Assembly (NCBI GenBank): GCA_034437255.1
Contig: DAOTUH010000390.1
Location: forward strand, 1 to 56,035
DNA from: Anaerolineae bacterium
Lineage (GTDB): Bacteria > Chloroflexota > Anaerolineae > B4-G1 > SLSP01
Direction: 5' to 3'
Length of the DNA stretch: 56,035 nucleotides
Notes under the pieces: model-generated
Told to the model about the DNA's origin: nothing
The model's input: the letters and a program-made list of their open reading frames with translations, nothing else
Database searches by the model: none
In this document: piece after piece, positions 50,554 to 56,035 of the stretch
Layout: each line of letters opens with the position of its first letter
How positions within the stretch are numbered: position 1 is the first letter of the stretch
Position numbers and translations under genes: made by a program

Positions 50554-52446
50554 TTATTGTGCTCCTTCATCCGATCGCTGCGGCGCCGCTCTCGTCTGTG
50601 TGCCGAGCTGCAGGTAGGCACTCCCGCCAAGCGTCTCCACCAAGGATTTCGCCGTAATCTGAAGCAGCGATCTCATATCCGACGCTTGCCGCATCCGATC
50701 TGTAACGTCGTGGGCTGCTTGCTCACGAGCCACGCGCCGCTGCGTCGCCTCTAGCAAACGAATGTTCTCCAGCACCACCGCTGCCGTCGCCACCAACGCA
50801 GTGTAGAGTTGTCGTTCGCTCACGCCAAAGGGGTGCACGGTGTAATACGTGACCACCAGCTGCGCAATGGTTCGCCTGCCCAACCGCACCGGAACGATGG
50901 CCAGGCTGCGCGCCGCGGACTGGTGCATCAACTGCGCCAGCTGCTTGTGATACATCTCTGGAACGTGACTGGCCGGCAGCTCACTCATATTCTCTATAAA
51001 TAAGGGGCTCTCTGACGCCACCAGCAGCTCTCGCAAGTATAGCGTCTCCGGAAGGGTGGGTCGGGCGCCATCTTCTTCAGGAAAAGAGATGTCGTCGCCC
51101 CGCAACTCTGCTGCCACAGTGATATCGTTGGTCTCAGCGTCTAGGGTACAGATAAAACCGCGCCTGGGACTATACTCCCGGACCATCTCCAAGATCACAC
51201 CGTAGACATCGCGCACTTGACGGGCAACCGCCATACGCTGCGCCATCCGGTAGAAAGGACTGGTCGCCTCAAGGATCCCAACCTCCTGAGCAAAGCGCCG
51301 CGCGTTTTCCACCATCACGGCCAGCTGACTGGCAAGATACTCCAAAGAACGCACGTCATCTTCGTCAAAGGCATTTTCTTCCGTACTCTGCACGTCCAAC
51401 ACCCCGATGACTTGTCCGGCGATCCCCAGGGGCAGCGTCGCCTCCGAACGGGTGGCCGGCAGCAAGGGATTATCAAAATGCACGGCGTCTTCACCCACGT
51501 CCAGGGAAATGCGGGGCTTGCCGTGCTCCACCACCCATCCGACCATGCCTTCACCCCGAACCAATTGATGCTCCTCGGCCAGCATCTGCTGCCCGCCTTC
51601 TGACGACGCGGCCTTCAGCACGGCGGTGTCGCCGGTTTCTGAGACCAGAAAGAGGCCCGTGTGGTAGAAGCCAAACTTCTCAGAGATCAAACGCACAGCC
51701 CGATACAACAACTGCTCCAAATCAAAAATCGAACTGATGATCCGCACGACTTCTGCGCCCGCTTCCAAATGCCAGGCGCGTCGCTGCATGGCGTAGTTGG
51801 CCTCTTGAAGCGTCAAAGCGCGACGATCCAGCTCCTCTTGTTGCTCGCGGAGATCTGTTGAGCGCTGAAAGAATTCTTCTAGCTGTCGCGATAGGCGCCT
51901 GAACAAGGCCCCGGCCGAGGCCACCAGAAGCCCACCGCTCAACGTGAAGACCATCACCCCGCTGAGCAGGTTCAACCAGGGTCGTGGGACCTCAGAGAGT
52001 ATACCCGGCCCCGCGACTTGGCCCCTCATGATCGCCCAGGCGATGCCCAACAACGTCAGCATATCAAGGCCCAGAGCGTAAAACCCCGCCCGCTGGCCGA
52101 TCAAAATGGTCATCATGACCGGTAGAGCCAGCAGAAAGACTCGCCCATCAGCACCCCAGCCGGAAAAGACAAGATCGGACAGGCCCAAAATGTAGATCAA
52201 CGCCAACATCAACCATTTTTTCAACGGGTAGTAGGGCTTGTGACCAAAGTGCAAGGCCAGCATACTCCCATAGGCCACGACATAGACCGCAATCAAACCA
52301 AAGTTCTGCTGTGAAAAGGCGGTGTATACACCAAATGCCAAAGCGCCGGCCCCGCCATACACCGCGGCCCGAAATGCCTGATCAATCACGCGTTGTCGCA
52401 GCCGCTCTGTAACCGTCTGATAGGAACGTCCCTGCTTTTCGCTCAC
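50554..52446 (-). CDS. P16, GAF-stub sensor paralog: class-II polytopic membrane module - coiled coil - GAF-A - complete second GAF - GAF stub
   Basis: 'GWGADGRVFLLALPVMMTILIGQRAG'. 'FGFYHTGLFLVSE..AASSEGG..LPATRSEATLPL'. Tail 'LENIRLLEATQRRVAREQAAHDVTDRMRQASDMRSLLQITAKSLVETL'. The GTG start has GGAGG 5 nt upstream. Confidence 0.85.
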   Translation of the reverse strand: MSEKQGRSYQTVTERLRQRVIDQAFRAAVYGGAGALAFGVYTAFSQQNFGLIAVYVVAYGSMLALHFGHKPYYPLKKWLMLALIYILGLSDLVFSGWGADGRVFLLALPVMMTILIGQRAGFYALGLDMLTLLGIAWAIMRGQVAGPGILSEVPRPWLNLLSGVMVFTLSGGLLVASAGALFRRLSRQLEEFFQRSTDLREQQEELDRRALTLQEANYAMQRRAWHLEAGAEVVRIISSIFDLEQLLYRAVRLISEKFGFYHTGLFLVSETGDTAVLKAASSEGGQQMLAEEHQLVRGEGMVGWVVEHGKPRISLDVGEDAVHFDNPLLPATRSEATLPLGIAGQVIGVLDVQSTEENAFDEDDVRSLEYLASQLAVMVENARRFAQEVGILEATSPFYRMAQRMAVARQVRDVYGVILEMVREYSPRRGFICTLDAETNDITVAAELRGDDISFPEEDGARPTLPETLYLRELLVASESPLFIENMSELPASHVPEMYHKQLAQLMHQSAARSLAIVPVRLGRRTIAQLVVTYYTVHPFGVSERQLYTALVATAAVVLENIRLLEATQRRVAREQAAHDVTDRMRQASDMRSLLQITAKSLVETLGGSAYLQLGTQTRAAPQRSDEGAQ

Positions 52447-52469
52447 ACCAACCTCCGACTTATCACGTG

Positions 52470-54785
52470 TTACGCTTGTGCATCGGTCCGGCTGACAGAC
52501 ATCGATGAATTCGTCACAGCATCATAAAGGGGAATCGAGAAAATAAACTGACTTCCCATCCCTACTTCGCTCTCCACCCAGATTTGACCACCGTGCATCT
52601 CGACAAACTCCTTGCTCAACGCCAATCCCAAACCTACGCCCGACGAGTGCCTGGTGCGGTTAATGCCCTTTTCAAAACGCGCAAAGATTCTCTCACGCTC
52701 CTGCTTGGGAATGCCAATGCCTGTGTCTTTCACGCTCACGTAGGCCTGCTCATCATCTGACCAGGTTCGCAACGTAATCTGCCCTTTCTCAGTAAACTTC
52801 GCCGCATTGCTCAACAAGCGGACCAAAACCTGGCGCAAACGATCGGAATCAGCGTAAACCCAGGGCAACTCCGGTTCGATCTTCTTGACCAACACAATAT
52901 CTTTCCCGCGTACCAACGCATCGGCGGTGGGCATTACACTATCGATCACTTCCCCTAGCGCCACAGGTTGCAGTTGCAACGCCATAAGTCCGGCTTGAAT
53001 TTGCGCGATGGTCAAAACATCATTGATCAAAGAGAGCAGACGCTGGCTGTTTTCATAAATGCGTGTGATATCCTCTTCCTGCTGCGTGGAGAGCGCGCCA
53101 TCCAGCCCCTTGAGCATCAAACGAGAAAACCCGATGATGGAATTCAGCGGTTCCCGCAGTGCGTGAGACATATTGGCCAGAAAACGGGACTTGAAGACCT
53201 CGGCTTCTTCCAACTGCTGCGCTGCCCGGCGCTCCCGCTCGTATGCGCGCGCGTTTTCCAGCGCGATAGCAATCTGGTTGGCCAGATGCATCAATGTCTC
53301 TAGGTTGTCCTCGGGCGAACTCTCGTGGCCCGTGGTGACGATAGACATCACACCTAACACCTGTTCCTCCATGCGCAACGGAACGGCAATATGCGAGAGT
53401 GTTCGTCGATACCAAGACTGCTCCGTCACCAACAGCTGCCGCTTGATCTGCGGCTCCGCCTTGCGCAGAGCGCGCTCCGTCATCGTCCCGTCGCCAGGAT
53501 ATAACGTCTCAGGCCAATCCGCATCTGAGGGGTGCACCGCATGCCGGCGCGCCGTTCCTCCACCCGGTTCAACCAGGTAGATCACCACCGAATCATACAT
53601 AAACCGTTCGCTGATGAGCTCCGCTACTCGATTCAATAGCTCGCTCGGATCGCGGATAGATGTCACAGCCTGACTCACTTCCAGGCTGGCCTTCAGCTGC
53701 AAAGCGCGCCACTGGATCTGATAGTTAGCTTTTTGCAGGCGCTTGGTGCGCTCGACGACTTTCGCCTCCAGATCATCATAAAGTGACTTCAAATCCGCCG
53801 CCATCTGATTAAAGACATAGGTCAAGATGCCGATCTCGTCTCGCGACGTGACCGCAACGTGCTGCGCTAAGTCACCATCGGCCATCGCCAGCGCCGACTC
53901 TGTGAGGCGCACCACCGGTCGCGTGATCTGGCGTATCACGACAGCAGCAATGGCCGTCGTACCCAGCGCCACGGCCAGGATAACCGCGATGAGCGTCGCT
54001 ACGATTTGGTCATTGGACGCCAACGCTTCCACTTGCGCCTGTTCGACCAGCACACCGATTCCTGATATTACCGGCACGTAAGTCCCTACCACAGAGATAT
54101 TTTTGTGATTGGTATAGAGCCCACCGTCCCCTTCTTCACTTGTCAGCAAGGAAAGAGCCATCTCATCTCCCAACGAGTGGGTTAAATCTCGCTCCGTGCC
54201 TTGAACCAGATAAATGTGCCCTGTCTCGCCGATCCCCAGGTCGGTTTTCGCCCACTGTCCTATAATCTGCGGTCGATAACAAAGTATCACTTCTCCCTCA
54301 TCCCAAACAAACCGCAACGCAAGAGGTGACGCAGTGTTCAGTGAGGAAATATCCGTCATAACCGGAACGTCTGTTGTACATTCTCCCCGTGACCAAAGGA
54401 CGTGAGAATCTGCTGCTAATGCTGTAGCACCGACAAGATCAAAGGAATGCCGCTGAGAACGCTCCCAGGCGGCCAAAGAAGGGGTGGAGATACCATTATC
54501 GGTGTTGATTAACGTTTCAATAATCGCCCCACTATCCTCTATCCATCCACGACGTAGCGTTTCCGCCTGTAACATCGCAATTGCCCGCAACTTTTGTACC
54601 ACGGCTGCTTGCACGTTCTGTCGATTCTGAAAAGAAGCATACCAGCCAATCAAAGCCAACGGTAAAATCGTCAATATCAGAAAAGCTGTCAGCAGGGTAC
54701 GCCCTAGCCCTCCACGCATGCCCGTGGTGGGCACCACCCGGTTGCGGGGTTGAGCTTCATGCTCGTTCCCTAATGGGGTTCCCAT
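52470..54785 (-). CDS. P17: membrane sensor histidine kinase (TM - Cache-like periplasmic domain - TM - HAMP - GAF of a different type - HisKA - HATPase_c)
   Basis: H-box 'FLANMSHALREPLNSIIGFS'. 'LLSNAAKFT', 'VKDTGIGI' and 'SGVGLGLALS'. HAMP 'GDLAQHVAVTSRDEIGILTYVFNQM'. The start overlaps the upstream receiver gene by 16 nt. Confidence 0.9.
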   Translation of the reverse strand: MGTPLGNEHEAQPRNRVVPTTGMRGGLGRTLLTAFLILTILPLALIGWYASFQNRQNVQAAVVQKLRAIAMLQAETLRRGWIEDSGAIIETLINTDNGISTPSLAAWERSQRHSFDLVGATALAADSHVLWSRGECTTDVPVMTDISSLNTASPLALRFVWDEGEVILCYRPQIIGQWAKTDLGIGETGHIYLVQGTERDLTHSLGDEMALSLLTSEEGDGGLYTNHKNISVVGTYVPVISGIGVLVEQAQVEALASNDQIVATLIAVILAVALGTTAIAAVVIRQITRPVVRLTESALAMADGDLAQHVAVTSRDEIGILTYVFNQMAADLKSLYDDLEAKVVERTKRLQKANYQIQWRALQLKASLEVSQAVTSIRDPSELLNRVAELISERFMYDSVVIYLVEPGGGTARRHAVHPSDADWPETLYPGDGTMTERALRKAEPQIKRQLLVTEQSWYRRTLSHIAVPLRMEEQVLGVMSIVTTGHESSPEDNLETLMHLANQIAIALENARAYERERRAAQQLEEAEVFKSRFLANMSHALREPLNSIIGFSRLMLKGLDGALSTQQEEDITRIYENSQRLLSLINDVLTIAQIQAGLMALQLQPVALGEVIDSVMPTADALVRGKDIVLVKKIEPELPWVYADSDRLRQVLVRLLSNAAKFTEKGQITLRTWSDDEQAYVSVKDTGIGIPKQERERIFARFEKGINRTRHSSGVGLGLALSKEFVEMHGGQIWVESEVGMGSQFIFSIPLYDAVTNSSMSVSRTDAQA

Positions 54786-55189
54786 ACCTCCTCACCCATG
54801 AGCACCCGCCGCACTTGCTCGGGAAAACGATCTGGATCCAACGGTTTCCCGATAAATCCGTCAAACCCGGCTGTGCGTGCGCGCTCCATCGAATCCACAT
54901 CCGAATCAGCCGTGACCGCCACAATGGGCACACCATCAAAGACCGGATGTGATCGTAGCCTCTCCAAAGACTGGTATCCGTCCGCCTCTGGAAGCATAAG
55001 GTCCATGAGGATCAGATCGATATTTCCTAATGTCTCGGCGAACTCAAGTACCTTCCATCCAGAGGCTTTCCATTCACACTTGCTGACACCCAAGAAGGCC
55101 AGCAGACGGGTCATAAGAAGGAAATTGTTGAAATTGTCTTCAACAATCAGGATTTTAGCTTCTTCAGGAGCTACACTTGGCTGTGTCAT
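54770..55189 (-). CDS. single-domain CheY-like response regulator (receiver only)
   Basis: 'KILIVEDNFNN', 'DLILMDLMLPEADG', 'PIVAVTA' and 'GFIGKP'. At 139 aa there is no room for an output domain. Confidence 0.9.
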   Translation of the reverse strand: MTQPSVAPEEAKILIVEDNFNNFLLMTRLLAFLGVSKCEWKASGWKVLEFAETLGNIDLILMDLMLPEADGYQSLERLRSHPVFDGVPIVAVTADSDVDSMERARTAGFDGFIGKPLDPDRFPEQVRRVLMGEEVWEPH

Positions 55190-55217
55190 TCTATTACCTA
55201 CCTCATCATATATGCCA

Positions 55218-55592
55218 TCAACGCTTGGCGGTCAGGAACTTCTCGACCTGAGTCGGTAAAGCATCCACATCAATAGGTTTGGGAATGTAGCCATCGCACC
55301 CAGCTTCCAAAGTTTTCTCACGGTCGCCATGCATGACATTCGCCGTCATGGCGATGATCGGGATATTTTGCAACTCTGGCTTCTCTCGCATAAGTCGCGT
55401 CAGCTCATACCCATCGACTTCAGGGAGATTCATATCCATCAAGACCAAGTCTGGCTGCTCATGCATCGCCAGCTCAATGCCCGTCTTACCGTCCTCCGCC
55501 TCAAGGACCTCATACCCTTCTACCATCAAGATCCTCCTCACTAAGAGGCGGTTATCGGCGTTATCTTCTATGTAGAGGATTTTTGCGTTCAT
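55218..55592 (-). CDS. single-domain CheY-like response regulator (receiver only)
   Basis: 'KILYIEDNADN', 'DLVLMDMNLPEVDG', 'PIIAMTA' and 'GYIPKP'. The ATG at 55592 is preceded by AAGGAAG. The 62-codon extension in the ORF track (to 55778) runs through AT-rich non-coding-looking DNA. Confidence 0.85.
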   Translation of the reverse strand: MNAKILYIEDNADNRLLVRRILMVEGYEVLEAEDGKTGIELAMHEQPDLVLMDMNLPEVDGYELTRLMREKPELQNIPIIAMTANVMHGDREKTLEAGCDGYIPKPIDVDALPTQVEKFLTAKR

Positions 55593-55668
55593 GCTCACTT
55601 CCTTAATAGAATGGTCACACCCGATCGAAACAGCGTAAAATATCGTCGGCTTGTGATTTCTGACCAAT

Positions 55669-55677
55669 ATTATACCA
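55669..55677 (-). promoter_or_regulatory. candidate extended -10 promoter (minus strand TGgTATAAT) heading the receiver-kinase-sensor array
   Basis: The minus strand reads ..ATTGTGGTATAATATTGG... TATAAT is at 55674-55669 with TG at 55677-55676, about 75 nt upstream of the first receiver ATG. It lies in the only long AT-rich gap at the 5' end of the array. No good -35 is present. Confidence 0.35.
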
Positions 55678-56035
55678 CAATTTGGAATTCTACCCAGATC
55701 AATGACCATAACCGTTTGGTTAAGGGCCCATAAAAACTCCCACGGCAAGAAAAAGTGCAGGGCTTGAGTATAAGGCATTACCTAGAATCAGCAAACAGGA
55801 TAAACAGGGAGCATAACACCTCTATTGTAGAAGGATCGCCGTAGCCGTCAAGAGAAGAATTTTACTAAAATAAAACTTGACGTTTTCTAATTCTAACTTT
55901 GACTCACCTGAAATAACTAGCAGAAATCGGAATAGTGACAAATGGCACCTCAGTTTTAGCGTTGGTAGACGGATGTTATACTGACCAATAATTCTTCAAC
56001 AATACAGTAAACTGGAGGTGCTAGATGACTGCTAA

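Noticed and set aside
50553-50630. Upstream extension of P15 overlapping the end of P16 by 77 nt
   Set aside because: The extension (MAGVPTCSSAHRRERRRSDR..) is Arg-rich and overlaps conserved P16 tail coding sequence. The ATG at 50552 sits 1 nt after the P16 stop with AGGAG 9 nt upstream.
8952-51462. A regularly recurring conserved nucleotide block every 1.7-3 kb, considered as a possible CRISPR-like or large tandem DNA repeat
   Set aside because: The recurring blocks are in-frame coding sequence of paralogous GAF domains and tails, with variable spacing and third-codon divergence. There are no short identical direct repeats with unique spacers and no cas genes.
55593-55778. 62-codon N-terminal extension of the second receiver ORF (55218-55778)
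   Set aside because: The receiver-domain homology starts at MNAKILYIEDN (ATG 55592, preceded by AAGGAAG). The extension crosses AT-rich DNA containing a TGgTATAAT promoter-like element and has no protein-like features.
55905-55917. CACCTGAAATAAC, resembling the family-B left terminus CACTGAAATAACC
   Set aside because: The similarity ends after 13 nt, and there is no CCTCACGCAAAGG block or right terminus. It is probably coincidental in AT-rich DNA.
56025-56035. Plus-strand ATG preceded by GGAGG at the extreme right edge
   Set aside because: Only 11 nt of coding sequence are in the window. It is plausibly the start of a divergent gene but cannot be supported or identified.
1-56035. Searched by eye for defence systems, toxin-antitoxin pairs, retron/DGR reverse transcriptases, integrases, transposases, tRNA or rRNA genes
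   Set aside because: No ORF shows the corresponding motifs (RT YxDD, DDE/DEDD, tyrosine-recombinase RHRY, Cas or nuclease signatures). No cloverleaf-like or rRNA-like segments were noticed. A tool-based scan (tRNAscan-SE, Infernal, DefenseFinder/PADLOC) would be needed to exclude them formally.

Overview
This is a 56-kb high-GC bacterial window. Gene style and content suggest Chloroflexota, but that is an unverified guess. The left 5.8 kb is mostly plus strand. It holds a decayed Zur-type zinc-uptake locus: zur, znuA, and only a 3' remnant of znuB that begins right after a palindromic repeat element, with no znuC. It also holds an FmdB zinc-ribbon protein with a poly-His tail, a MobA-like/HAD-IIA fusion, a PHP-domain hydrolase and a minus-strand ferredoxin.

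Everything from 5889 to 55592 (about 50 kb) is on the minus strand, with tiny gaps or overlapping stop/start codons. This block is dominated by a head-to-tail array of 15 paralogous signalling proteins, labelled P2-P16 here. All 15 share one constant C-terminal chassis: coiled coil, a near-invariant GAF domain, an 'ERRAYGELS' helix, a half-GAF, and a truncated GAF stub at the C-terminus. Each carries a different N-terminal input module:
- two classes of polytopic membrane domain
- 4-helix-bundle or Cache-like periplasmic domains plus HAMP
- a fused PF04392-like solute-binding domain
- an SLC5/SSF transporter-like domain
- a LacI-type ligand-binding domain

By eye, none of the 15 has a recognisable output domain. 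Four orphan solute-binding-protein genes with no ABC permease or ATPase are interleaved, and each sits immediately upstream of a HAMP-bearing paralog. The array is bracketed by two genuine histidine kinases, a 1800-aa cytoplasmic multi-GAF hybrid kinase (P1) and a HAMP-GAF kinase (P17), and is headed by two single-domain CheY-like receivers.

Two families of short inverted-repeat (MITE-like) elements occur twice each, in the largest intergenic gaps. I found no rRNA, tRNA, CRISPR array, transposase, integrase or phage genes. All domain calls come from reading the translations by eye; no database search was possible.
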